This document shows positions 10,844 through 23,331 of a stretch of 44,092 nucleotides of DNA, piece by piece. The notes beneath the pieces are model-generated. The model saw only the letters and a program-made list of their open reading frames with translations, was not told the DNA's origin and searched no databases. Position 1 is the stretch's first letter. Each line of letters starts with the position of its first letter. The stretch comes from Paraspadella gotoi (Eukaryota; Animalia; Chaetognatha): NCBI GenBank assembly GCA_051294375.1, contig JBJCIZ010001324.1, positions 1 to 44,092 of the forward strand. The letters are read 5' to 3'. The position numbers were made by a program, and so were the translations under genes.

Positions 10844-13640
10844 TTAAAAATTAGTGTGGTTAGGACAATCAAAACCATAAAATTTAAGATAACAATGATT
10901 AGATGTTCTATCCTCTTGGTAACAAAATGTAATTGGAGATTTGTACGTCTTAGGGTCGTCAAGTTCAATTTCTTCTAAAATGTCTCGGAAAAGTAAATTG
11001 TTTTTGATGATGTTTTCTAGCCTTCCTTTGGCTCTTGGATGATTTGTTTTTGAGGGAGGATTCTCCTGCTGCATCGTATACGAGCTTTGCTGATGTATGG
11101 ATTGGAAGATTTAAAAATGTTCTTATGGCTCTCAAATGTAGCTTCTCTAATTTAGACCACTGATGATCGGACATTGTAAGCCAGATTACACTAGAGTAAT
11201 CAAAAATAGAAGTGACAAGGCTATTGTAAACCTGAAACACAGATCTAAAGTTGTTTATTTTTCCTTTGTTTGCTAGTTTTTTGATGGCCATGATTTTTGT
11301 TTTTGCTTTGTCAGTGAGTTGGTCAATGAATTTGCTCCATTGTAGTTTATTGTTTAGGACCATCCCAAGTAGTTTCAATTCCTTGTTGAAAACAACTTTG
11401 TCATCGCCAAGGTAAAGTTCTATAGAACTATTATGATGGCTTGGACACCTACTAAAAATGGTTGCAACTGATTTACCTGGTGATAATTGTAGTTGCCAGG
11501 TTTCACACCATCTTACAATTTTGTTGAGAACTGGTTGTAGTACGTCTTTTGCTTCATCTAGAGTTTTCCCGCTCGCCCAGATGGATGTGTCGTCTGCATA
11601 CTTTGCACCCCTGCTTACCAAACCATGTTGGGTTGGAAGATCGTCCACGTAAAAAGTAAAGATGTTTGGACTGATTATCCCTCCCTGTGGTGCACCTTTT
11701 TGCAGCGTTACTGTTTTAGATATAGTGTTGCCGTAAACAACATTCATCTCTCTTTGTTGTAAGTATGAATTAATGATTCTTATCAGTTCTTCTGGATATC
11801 TGGCTTTAAACATTTTTAAAATGAGGCCATCGCTCCACATTGAGTTAAAAGCGACAGAGAAATCTAAAGCAACAGCAATGGTGCACTTTCTTTTTCGAAA
11901 CCCAGAGTTGATATCTTCTACGAGTCTTACTACATTCTCTTGAGCACCCCTATTTTTTATGTAAGCAGATTGAAGAGGACCCATAGCACCTAAGATGTTG
12001 GTGTGTTTAACAAAGCTATTCTTGATCACTCTTTCCAGTAATTTTCCAACAACCGATATTAAGCTTATAGGACGATAGCTTTTTACATCAGTGGGATTTT
12101 TGCCAGGCTTGTGGAGCATTCTCAGGTTTGAGTGCTTCCAGGTTTTAGGAAACAGACCCTTCATGAAACATTCTTTCATTATTTCTACCAGCAAAATAAT
12201 TCCTATTAAAGGGAGACTTTTCAGTATAACTGGGGTAATCCCATCCTTACCAGGTGAAGATCGATTTTTTAGATTCTGTATAAAGCTGATGACCGTTTCG
12301 ACATTACAAGATTTTGCCAATTCTGATTCGTGATTGTTCATTGTTGGTTTAAGAAGATACTGGTTCGGATTTTTGAATTCGTCAACTTCAGAAAAAATCC
12401 CCTGGTTTTTATTTTGGTTTAGGCATGGCATGTACTTTTCCATTCTTTCTGCAAACATGTCTAATTTTCTCTTTTTGTTTTTGTGTATGTGCCGTTTTCT
12501 TTTTTAAGCATGCAGTCGCGCTGTACACTCTCTCCTTTGTACCCAATAATATCATTGATTAGTCTCCACTTTTTTCCCGCTGTCACTTCCTTTTCAATTT
12601 TTGACATATGCTTTGTTCATAAGATATTTATCTTCTTTTAGTCTTTCTTTGACTTCACGGGAGATATAATTGAATTCATGTCTCCATTTTATTTTTTCAA
12701 GATTTGCCAAACTATTGAAGTGGTCTTTGTCTCGTTTCTCTTTTGCCATTGCGCGTTTTCTTTCTATGGCTTTTATTGTCATAAAAGAGAGTTTGCACCC
12801 ATTCCTAGTATGGATTTTGCACTCGTATTCGCTTTCTTTTTTTGCTTGCTGGACAATTTTGCTCCAGATCTCAACCTTATCTTCTGTATTTGTTGCTTTC
12901 CAGAGTCTCCGTTCATTGAAACATTCGCAAATTTTTCCGAACATAATTGTTTAAATTTTCAAATCGAGTTTGGTTATGTGTTCTCTCGTATTTTATCTTG
13001 TTAATATGGATTTTTGTTAACCTTCTACTTTGTTCACAGTATCATTGTTCAAAAAACATAGTCTAAAGACATTCCATTCTCCGTTTATTTTACTTATGTA
13101 TTTTGGCAAGTCAGGTGTATGTTATTAAGTTTGTATTTGACAACTAATTTACCAAATGCTCGCCGGCAGCAGAATCAGTTCTGGCCCCTAAGTATTTTGA
13201 AGGAGAGTTAAAATCCCCCAATAGATTTTATGTTTCGAGTTGTTAACCCCTCCATCTTGCAATAAAGTCGTCAGGAAGTTGGTGGCCCGGGTGATTGTAC
13301 AATGTGCCTATGATTAGATTTTCTCCCTCTGGGGATTGAATTTCTGCGATCAGCCCCTCATTGAATTTTAGGCTTTCTTCCATTTCACGGGCACTGAAGT
13401 CTTTTGGCACCCCTATACAGACACCGCTTGCTGATGTTGGATTATTGGAATTATTTTTCAATATAAATTTAAGATTTTTAAAATCTAAGGTGTTTACATT
13501 TTGTGTTCTAATATCGTTAAAGACAAGTAAAAGACGTTTTTTTCTCGACATTTCCGCTACCAAATTTTTTAGCTCATTAGTCGTGTAGGATTTCCATTAG
13601 TATTAAGCATCAAAATACAGAAATTATTGTATCTCTTCCA
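10844..13640 (-). pseudogene. LINE ORF2: AP endonuclease plus reverse transcriptase, frameshifted
   Basis: SPGKDGI, YRPISLISVVGKLLER, ALDFSVAF, GAPQGGIISP and YADD in the 497-aa ORF 10965-12458. EN fragment IGTLYNHPG. Confidence 0.95.
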
Positions 13641-15135
13641 TTGCTTGCTGCTTTACCTTTCTCGGTTGCACTCGATTTCAGATGGTTTTTTGTTTTTGCT
13701 TTGGTTTGTGCGATTGGCTCTTTTGGAAGTGTTCTTCCAATACTGAGTCTCCTTCTTCTGTGAGAAGTTGACTACTGGACAGATTTGTCAGAGTTGACTG
13801 ACAAGAGTGGAAAACATTGTCAGAGCTTTGTTTTTCATTGTCGAGTATTCAGAAGGCGGGGCATATGCTGTCAGCCCAACATAGAGCTTATTTCAGTTGT
13901 TGTTGTTGGATTTGGAGAGGCAGGATCTTTATTGTTATCTGAGGTTATTTAACCTCAGAAACACTTTTGGATACGTTATTGCTTACAAACATTTCTGTTT
14001 TTTGAAGCTTTTCACATATTTTCGCTCAGGGTCCAAGAAATGAGTCGTGAGATTTTCTTTTTCTGTTGTCAAATTTCCCGAACCATGCAGGCAGTAGTGT
14101 AAAATATATTTGAAAGGTCTGATTCAGAAATTGTGTTTTTGGTTTTTACAGATTTGCATAGGAGGGTTTTACCAAAGTGGTTTGTTGATTATTGGTTCTT
14201 CTCTCTTCTTGGGCTTTATGGGCTTCTTGAAGTACATGCAGTGTCTCGAGTTTGAGGTATGGTCCTCCTCACAGTTGCTACATTTCAATGCTATGGATTT
14301 GCACTCTTTGTGGCTGTGTTTGCCCCCACAACGGAGACAAGTTGTTTCTGTTTCAGGACAGGTTCTACTGCCGTGACCAAACCTTTGACACCGGTAACAC
14401 TGAAGGGCTCCTCCGATTTTGTATGGCACAAAATTGTATTTTTTGAAGTACATTTTGAACCTTCATTCAAAAGCTTATCAGCCGATTCAGCAGAGGTTAG
14501 ACCAACTTTGACGTTCCACGAGTTTTCGCCACCTTTGGTAGACGAAACCATTTCGCTTTATTCGATGTCACTCCAAAGCCTTGTTTAATGAATTCGGTTT
14601 TAATAAAGTCATCGTCCATATCAGGTTCGACACAGCGCATGACAATAAATTTTGTAGTGGCATTTTTAGCATTTAACCTTGGTATAACTTTATACTCTTT
14701 TTGTGACCATTTTTCAGATTTTAAGACAGAGTTGAAGTCTTTATCACTAGGGACATTTATTAGAATATCCCCTCCACTCAACAACTTTATTTCACTGATA
14801 CTGCCAGATCCTTTGTACGTGTTTTGAATAAAGTTTGCGAGGTTTACACGAGATTTCTTAATAGTATCGGGACAGTCAGTTGAAATTATTATACTGAAAT
14901 CATTTCTATGCGAGCTGTTTCTCTTTTTATGGAAATGAATGTCAGTGTCGTAAGTGTTAGATATTTTTCGGTTTATTAAGCCCGCATGTTTACTGTATCC
15001 AAAGCCTTCCTTTTCTTGTAGCTGCACTACATGCCGGGGATTCTGCGTTTTTGTCAACAGATTCCGTGATTGGATATCTTTTTCACGTAGATTTTGTATT
15101 TTTTCTAAGATTTCATCTTTTTCCAATTCATTCAA
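13630..15135 (-). pseudogene. LINE ORF1 (gag-like nucleic-acid-binding protein), frameshifted
   Basis: CYRCQRFGHGSRTC, CLRCGGKHSHKEC and CSNCEEDHTSNSRHC knuckles in ORF 14169-14453; upstream part in ORF 14497-15135. The start may lie near 15295. Confidence 0.9.
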
Positions 15136-15499
15136 ATCGCAAAAAGTTTCTACTATAGTGTATAGGGTTCATGGACGGAACAGAACGGAGGCGGGAATGT
15201 TACGATACTTTTTAAATACTTGTTCGTAGTAAAGGTTTAATCAAAACTATTTTCTTTTTTTTTTCAGGATTAAATCTCGAAAAAATTTCCCATTATATAA
15301 TCTATGACTTCAAAACACTGGAAAAAAGGAGGAAACGAAAATAGAGGAAAAATATATTTTTTATCACAGGAAGAAGGAAAAATAAGATAGGCAAAAACGA
15401 GCGAAAGAAAAAAGGGAAAACAAATAAATAAGAATAACGAAAGCATGAAATTTATAAATAAAAGAAAGAAAAAAGATTGGCAGAAAGATATGCAGAAAG

Positions 15500-15620
15500 A
15501 TTGAGAGAAAGAAAGAAAGAAAGAAAGAGAAAGAAAGAAAGAAAGAAAAAAAGAAAGAGAAAGAAAGAAAGAAAGAAAAAAAAAAAAGAAAAAAGGAAAG
15601 AAAGAAAGATAAGAAAGAAA
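15500..15620. repeat. (GAAA)n microsatellite
   Basis: Read directly. Lies on the 5' side of LINE copy 1. Confidence 0.9.
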
Positions 15621-16619
15621 GTGGCGCGTTACTCTCTCATATTACTCTCCCCATCTCTTTAATCCATGAAAGGCGTTTGAACCTTCCGTCGAAAAAAGGC
15701 GACTCGATGGAGGAAGTGCTCTCACTCGAGACGGTGAATGGCAGGCCGCGTGGGGTGGGGAGGAGGTGCGGGATGGAGGGGTGGTAGGAGGGAGAGAAGA
15801 GTTTGGGTGGTGGAATTAAAAAAGGAAGGAGCAAATGGAAATTAGAGGTTAGGGAAGAAAAAGGATCATAAAAATATGAAAAATTCTGGGAGGCGGTAGA
15901 AGGAAGAAAATATAAAAAGAAGAAAAGGCAGAGAGGAAATAAGAAATAACTAGGAGTAGATATGCATGTCGTTTCGCCGTCCGTGGCATTTTCTTATATA
16001 TTTTTATATTTATCGATAGGAAATGATGTCAATATTGCGCATGCAAAATTTCAAGTCAATCGGCCGACGCGTTTAGAAATGACGGGCAAAAACCCGCCAT
16101 TTTTTCATCCCTCTTCGCAAAACAGATTCGCGATCGAAAAATAATTTTTTTGGTTCCACTAAACGTTTGAACTAGCGCTCGCTTTGTAGTTCTTTTTATT
16201 TAAGCCGCGAACGATCGAGCGGAAAAGGCGGTAAACTAAAAATGTGCGTTCGGGTCCTAATTTAATTGTTCTTGAAGTTTCTGTCGTCGATGATAAAAAC
16301 GAATTTAGGATAAATAAATTTACAGATCAAATAACAGAAATACTCAACTTTATCTATTAAACTAATAAATCAAAATCTGTGTTGCAAGGACAGGGATTTA
16401 AACTACAATAATCCTGTAGAGAGACTGGCTCTCCCGCGTCGCAGGGTAGGAATGGCTCGTGAGGGAAGCACAAATGCATCTGACAGGACTCCCGAACGTC
16501 GTATATAATTGGAGATCTCTCAAACGTAAACCCGTTAACCCGCATGTTAGTTAAATAATGTACTAATTGAAAGAAAGAAAAAGTCGCCGATCAGCTTCAA
16601 CGGGTACATTTATTAAACG

Positions 16620-16668
16620 TAACGGAGTAGACAATTGAGCAGACAACGGAGTGGACAACAGAGTGGAA
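16620..16668 (+). repeat. Short 12-bp tandem repeat, about 4 units (AACGGAGTRGAC)
   Basis: aacggagtagac aattgagcagac aacggagtggac aacagagtggaa. Confidence 0.75.
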
Positions 16669-17519
16669 AGCCTGAGAAAAAAACTGGGTTACAAATATAA
16701 CTGGCTCTCTAACAATTTATATTAAATTGTAAAGCTAATTATAATTAATAAGCAATCACTAGCTGTTTAACTCGCTAATTATACATACTAGTTTTGGCTT
16801 CAGGAATTCATGGTAACCAAATATCGTCAAACATATTTTAAAGAATAAAATAATTATTTGGAGGAAAAGGAGATTCAACTGATCGTTGAACGTGAGTTTT
16901 AAGGAATGCAAAAAGAGAGCAGTGATTTGAGGAGGAAGAGGGAAGGATTTTTGAGACCGGAACCGATGACGTAATAGGAATAAAGAGTTAATCATCAATG
17001 TAATCATCAATAATTATAATTGAGAGGTTTATCGGGAGATTTTCGGCACCCCCCCAATTCCACCCTTTGAGTCCCAAGAAAAATTATTCAAAATTGTAAA
17101 AATTGAGAACAGTAGGAACAATCGTCTAGCTTATCTAGTTAGGAATTATTATAAACATCTATCTAGCTATTAAAATGTTTCTTCGCGAATGGAATCTTTT
17201 CTGTAACAGTTCTTGGCTTTACGGGACTGGATCAAGGCTTGAGCGGATTTTTACAAGCCAATGAAGAAAGATGACAAGACGGATCACGTGACTCATGAGA
17301 TACATCGGAATTCAGAAGGTGAGGAATCTTTCACCAAATGTTTGTATTGAATGCGACTCTTTGGCCGGAATATAATGTGGCAATTTTATTTAGGTTTTAG
17401 ACATGACTCGTACTATTGACGCCATCTGACGCCATTTTGATGGAAGGATACTTATTGATACGTAAAAAACAGTCAACATGAATCATGTAATTGGATTATA
17501 AAGGTTCATTTCGTAGATG

Positions 17520-17619
17520 NNNNNNNNNNNNNNNNNNNNNNNNNNNNNNNNNNNNNNNNNNNNNNNNNNNNNNNNNNNNNNNNNNNNNNNNNNNNNNNNN
17601 NNNNNNNNNNNNNNNNNNN
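17520..17619. other. 100-N scaffold gap
   Basis: Run of N. Confidence 1.
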
Positions 17620-17934
17620 CCCACTACGTTTTTTATGAGTTTTTAATAAAATCCGTTTCTTCCTTGTTGATAACGAATATAATATAAAATTATTATGCCA
17701 AGCCCCAAAATTTTGACAAACAAAAGTGCCGAAACGAAAATTTTGAGTTTTGAAAGTCAACACATTAATCCCCGTTAAAAAAGAAATTGGAGAAGAAAAA
17801 AAAATGATTACAAAAAAAATAAAAAAATATATTTCATTTTTGGGGAAAATTTACGATGGGGTTATTTTAACGACGGTCTTGTTGACATTAAACCTACCTC
17901 TATCAAACTTCTTCTCCATTGCGCATTAACTCAT

Positions 17935-17972
17935 TTTCTCTCTCTCTCTCTCTCTCTCTCTCTGCTCTCTCT

Positions 17973-18005
<33 letters not shown>

Positions 18006-18380
18006 CCTATCTCTCTCTGGTATTCCACGCGGGGTACATGCGTCCCCCCCCCCTGCTCTTGATTTATATGTATCTTACATCTTTCTAACATGCTGTATAC
18101 TTCCTCTGAATTATTTTAACAGAGTCTCCACTCGTACCTAGTAATCAGATCGTACTACCTTTCTTCCCAATCCTCTCTCTCTCTTCTCTCTCTCTCTCTT
18201 CTCTCTCTCTCCTCTCTCCCCCCCCCCCCCGTTTCGTGCATCGTTCGATTTGTTCAGCACCCTGGTGAAATTAAATAGCAGTCAATGTTTTATTTTTGAT
18301 TCTTTCGGTCAGATTCGAAACAACTTGAATTTGTTATCTTTTATCAATTGGAATAAGACTTGTTTTTCACTCTTGGTTCT

Positions 18381-18456
<76 letters not shown>

Positions 18457-18460
18457 TCTC
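17935..18460. repeat. Cluster of (CT)n microsatellites and poly-C runs
   Basis: CT runs at ~17937-18018, 18172-18217 and 18378-18460. Confidence 0.95.
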
Positions 18461-21374
18461 TTCTTTCCTTTTTTCCATATTTCTCCTTTTCACCCTCGAT
18501 TTTTTTTCCAACTTCCCATTGATAGATGATTGGGATTTAAATTCTAAGGCGTGTGCGTTACTTTTTTCAAATTTAATTATTTTAATTTATTTTTTCAAAT
18601 CCTCTTTTTTTTCTACTCATCTGGTGGCCTGGAAGGGTGAGCCCGCCCTCCCCCCTCATCCCGCGAGGAAAGGTGGAAGAGCCGAAAGCCAAATTCACAA
18701 AAAAAGAAAAAGAAAAAAAGAAAAAAGAAAAAAAAAAAGGTGAGAAAAAAACGTGATAAATTCGAATATAAAAAAAAAAAAACTAATTTAAAAAAAGAAG
18801 ATAAAAAAAAGAATCTGGCTTGAACAATTGGAGAACGAACGCGCTTTTACTTTTTAACCGCGAGAAACGCGCATCCGAGTATTCGATTCTTATGCGAAGT
18901 TTATAAAAGTTATTTATTTTTAAAAAAAACGCTTTCATACAATCGACGAAAATATACCACTTTTGTATCAGCCTCATCGACATCGAAATATAAAAAATTG
19001 TTAAACAGTTATTGTGAAATACTGACGTTAAGACCAAACATATCTTTAGGAAAATTTTTTCAAAAGTTAATTATGCATTAAACATTATATGTATTGTATA
19101 TTTTTTTTTTACAATCCAAGGGTTTTCGAAACACATATCCTTCTTTTTTAAACTCGTCTTCTTCGGATCGGAAATCGTGGAAAAATCAAAAACAGGCCCG
19201 CCGCCGAGATAAATATTTTCTCTGGAAAAAAATTCGAAGCCAATTTCCTTTTTTTTTACGTAAACAGCATTAGATTACATGTGATGATTGTCATATCGAT
19301 TCATCTCTCTCTCTCTCTCTGTCTCTCTCTCTCTCTTCTCTTCATCTCTCTGCGTAATTTTCACAATCTTACTTTAATTAAGTTTAATTTGCATCGATTT
19401 CTACTACTTTTTTTTATTCATTCTATTAAACTTTACTAACTTTTATAAATTTAAAAGTATTTTTTTTCTTATAATTCTAATAACACTATTAAAATTCTAA
19501 TTTTGTTTTCCCGTGTTTCGTTTTAATGAACTTTTTTTTTTTTTTAATCCGTTCGCTAATTTCATTGTCAATTTCATCACGTCGTTTATTGATTTGTAAA
19601 ATTTTTAAATTTTAAAATAAATCTTGAAATGAAATATTAAGTTTGATCAATTTTTATTTAGGCTTATCTCGTTGAAAGGTTCCTTCGTCATGCTTCCGCT
19701 TGCTTTTAACTCTCCTAGACTCGGCTCCACATCTTCCCTCGCTTCGGTCTCGGGCTTCGACTTCGGGCGCTCCGACTTCAGTTCCGACTCGCTTCCCCGC
19801 ACCGGCCATCTGCTCGCCCCTTGTCCCCGTCAAAGCGGCCTTTTCAACCAGAAGGCCCGACTTCATCTCCATCCAAGGCCATTCGCAATCAACGTATCGA
19901 AGTGATCCCTCTGCTATTTCCTATTTGCTTTTTTTGATCACAGAGAAACCCGCCATCTTTAGTTTATTTTTCCTCGCGCGAACGGAGATAGCGATGACGA
20001 CGGAGACGATTCCTGACTCTGCGTTGGCACCTTGTTGATGCTTCACTGTAGACTCGGAATGGATCTGTGGATGGTTTCGTCGCCAGTTCTTGCTCTCTGG
20101 CTTTCCCTTTCGATCCACTCTCGACGCCCTCCATTCACTCCTCCGGCGACCCAGGCGCCACCATCGGTTAGAAAACGATAACAATAGTGTCAACGAAATT
20201 TCTGCAATTTTGGATATCGTCGACCTGAAATCGAATAGCCAAAAAACGGGACCGCGTTCTACTTCCAGCTCGCCAAGAAACTTCGGGGCGTCGATATGGC
20301 CATCGTCGTCTGCTGTATACTCCGCCTCGTTTTCGGCAGAGTATCGCGGTTATCCCGTCTTGGTGATTATCGACACCGGTTTTAATAATGGGTCGGAGTG
20401 ATTTCGGGTGGCGATTCCCTCCAACTCATTTACTTTTATCGTCTAAACTCAATCACCAACGCCGCTTATTCTGGATTTACATTTCCTCTCCTTCTTCTGG
20501 CCATTTTCCCAAAAGCCCAACACCAGTGATTCCGGCATTTTTTTCTCGGACATTAGATCATCTTCTTCTTCGTCGTTGTCGTCTGTCGTCGTCGTCGTTC
20601 TTCTGCCATCTGTCACTCTCCGTCGACCTCGATTTCCTTGTTTACTTGTTATCCGCGTTCGACGAGAAACTTCGAAATATTCCGCCTCCGCGTCCGATGC
20701 CGCAGTCCGTCACAGCTCGCTGCAGCCCCCGGCTGGCTCCAATTAACGCTGTCATACTTCCGAAACGACCTTCCAAGTCCGAAACAAACGCCGTTACCGC
20801 CGCCAACTCCCGCCAGTGACACTCTCGTCTGCCCAACGTTGCGGATGCAACCGCAAACGCCTCCGTTGAAAACTATCAATACGAACCCAAACCTGCGAAA
20901 AACTAAAATGGATAACCGACAAGGGTGTCCTCGGTCGGTTTTTAACAACATTCGTTGTTCAATTCGACCCTGCTTTTTATTTCGTCTTATTTTGTGATCG
21001 CGAGTTTTTGGCAACTTCCGTGGAGACTCCGCAATTTCAGAGATTCTTTAGGGATTCCGTGGCAAAGACAGTGTGCGCATCCGCGTCGCGTACCGCGTCT
21101 GTTATACGCCGCCTAAATCTACTACGGCCCGGCGTGTACCGCGAGTGAGCAATGGTGATGGGGAAATGATACCAAAAATACAAGAAAGCGGCCAGACGGG
21201 AGGAGAAAAAAGAGAGAGATAAAGACAGTATTCTCATAACTCAGCAATGATTAGTTCGTTAATGTTAATTTTTAGTTGACCCAACCAAGGCTCATTTCCC
21301 ATGAAAAGCTTCCCATTTTTATTTCACTCAATTAAAACAATAAGTTAAAAAAAGCCTGTCCGAAAAACTTTCCA

Positions 21375-21986
21375 CGCTAATTCAAGCTTTCGCGAAAAAG
21401 GACGAACTTCCGTTTGTATGTTTTGTCGGCGCCATCATTTCTCTGCCTCTACTCAACCAGCCACGATAATATCCGCCTCCCATTTTCCTCCGCTTTATCC
21501 AATCCGGTCTCCAGCGCTCCAGCCTCCTACTTCTTGGTACGCGACGCCCATCCCGATTCTGCTGTTTGTGTCCACTAAATCCCGCTGAGCGGAGGACAGG
21601 ACGGAATCCTTCTCTGTCTACAAGCGAGGGGGCAGCGGTGCTTCCGCACGGCGGGCCGGGCATGTCGGGGGGCAGTGGCGGGGGCAGCCGGGGGCGAGTG
21701 AGTCTAGGGCACTTGATCTGAGATCGGGTAGGCAGCTGTAAATAAGGAGGGACTGAGGGGTTTCCTATGTATTACAAACTATGCATTAAACCGACGGCTA
21801 GCTGGATCAAATTCCCCCTCAATAGATAAGCCCAAGCCAACACGTATACCCCAGTCTCACCGGAACTGGACATTTTGGGTCCACCTCCAAGAGATTTCCG
21901 CGAGGGCAAGTCGGGCAGATCTCGCGGTTGACCCTTTCAATGTCCTTTGGGATCGACATGGTTTGCTTTCGAATATTCTCCACGTG
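21375..21986 (-). CDS. Two probable exons (21861-21986, ~21375-21735) of an unidentified gene divergent from agrin; GC-rich 19650-21170 may hold further exons
   Basis: GC-rich blocks bounded by acceptors (tgaccgcag, tttacag) and donors (gtgaga; gtgagt in the mirror arm). The first block is open: ...TMSIPKDIERVNREI... No family recognised. Confidence 0.4.
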
Positions 21987-22641
21987 CTGCGGTCACAAAG
22001 AAAGAAATTATTCATAACTACAAAAATAGACAATTAGATAATAATTGTGGCCTAAGCATTAGGTTTATGGAGTAGAAGCCTAATTAAGTCAATGACAATT
22101 ATTTATTTCGATTGATTGTTTTTTTGGTAAGTTGATAACGATATCATTTAAATTTTAATATTTAGGATTTATAATTTTTTTTGTTTTTGTTTATTGAATC
22201 TTTCAAAAATTTAAAACGGATAATAATAGTCGTCGTCGTCGTAATTCCGATCGTCGTCGTTTTACATCATAAGAACAAATTAGAAGCGAGAAAAGGGATC
22301 GACTCATCCGCTTGAGCGAACGGAGCCAATAGCCTAACCGGTCCCCGTCTTTTCTCATCTCCTCGCCCTGGCCATACAAAACCACTTAACTCTTCCCCTC
22401 CCCACTATCACTCCAACCTTTTGAGCCATGGAATCGACGGTGTGCTTCCGCGCATCCGCGTAGTGAAATCGCGATGGACTGAAATCCATTTTTACGTTGT
22501 TTTTTTTGGGTTGTTTTGTTTTTTATTGTTTTTTTTTTATTTTTTGGGTTTTTTTTTTTACCCTAATTCCTCCCAAAACCAAAAAATATAGAGAAAGCCT
22601 AAAAAACTAAAAAAAAAAAAAAATTTAAAACAAAATTAAAA

Positions 22642-22690
22642 CTAGCAGGTAGCCCGAACGGACTTCGTTACGAAGCGAATCTAAGGAAGG
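22642..22690 (-). mobile_element. Helitron-like 3' terminus (hairpin plus CTAG|T), remnant
   Basis: Minus strand reads CTTCG-TAA-CGAAG TCCGTTCGGGCTACCTG CTAG T. Mirrored with CTAG at 42550-42553. No 5' end identified. Confidence 0.5.
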
Positions 22691-22836
22691 TCATTGTTTT
22701 GATGTCACAAACTGTTGAAAAGACAGTAACAGAATTCTGCTTTACGCTTGTATCCTAATTCAACGTACTCGTAGATTATTAACAACCTTTCAAATTAATT
22801 ATTAATTTCAAAAATCTCTTCAATTCCCTTTTTCAG

Positions 22837-22983
22837 TTCTCCAGACGAACATACGAACAGGCAAGGTGCAGCGAGCGGTCCGTGGTGATGACGGGGATCG
22901 GTGCAGCGCCTGCATCGGGCGCGCTGGAAAAGGAATACATGGGTGACGTCGTCATCTAAGAGGATTATAAAAGGACACAGCAG
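22837..22983 (+). CDS. AGRN: Agrin exon, NtA domain N-terminal half
   Basis: Two-arm consensus ~RNIEQQVQRAAVVMTGTVQRLHR..EYMGDVVIKRIIKG resembles agrin EANVVLTGTVEEI...VRVWRYLKG. tttcag acceptor, gtgggg donor. Confidence 0.8.
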
Positions 22984-23135
22984 GTGGGGCGGTTGACGCA
23001 AAAGTCGCAAGCGTCGGTGAGATAGCAGTGGCCAAGCCAAGTTTTCCTCTGAGCAAATTCAAAAGAAGAGCCACTTTGATCAGCGACCCAACACTAACCC
23101 TTTACCCCGCCCTATCCCATCTAAACCTTTCCCAG

Positions 23136-23331
23136 GACTCGAAGTGGGCCGGACCGTAACGTGGTCCAAGTGACCGAGAACTTCAACTCGGTCCCGACTG
23201 TGTCGAGGTCGCAGTCGCCGCCCGCGAAACCAAAGATTTCTTCTCAACGCGCCCCTCATCCCAGGAAGGGGTGGCCCTCACTCCTCCGTCCTCAGGGATC
23301 AACCTTTCAACTCGTTCAAAGTCAGGGATCC
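23136..23331 (+). CDS. AGRN: Agrin exon, NtA domain C-terminal half
   Basis: Consensus ~NVVQVTNFNSPDCVSRVAARDTKIFFLNAP.PGRVALNSSVLRINL matches the NtA pattern C..QVSTGDTRIFFVN...LNSSLMRITL. Confidence 0.85.

Larger units (their letters stand above)
10683..15300 (-). mobile_element. APE-type non-LTR retrotransposon (Jockey/I/R1-like group), near full length, copy 1
   Basis: ORF1 zinc knuckles, endonuclease and RT motifs, a ~160-bp 3' UTR and an (ATTC)n tail at 10683-10702. The 5' end is uncertain because it runs into low-complexity sequence. Confidence 0.95.

Noticed and set aside
16357-16545. Cys-rich 62-aa ORF
   Set aside because: Short, with no recognisable domain or clear splice context.
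16620-16668. CRISPR-like array
   Set aside because: Contiguous 12-bp units without spacers, in a eukaryotic context.
22944-22975. CRE-like TGACGTC plus TATAAAAGG, suggesting a promoter
   Set aside because: It lies inside the agrin NtA exon and encodes GDVVI..RIIKG.
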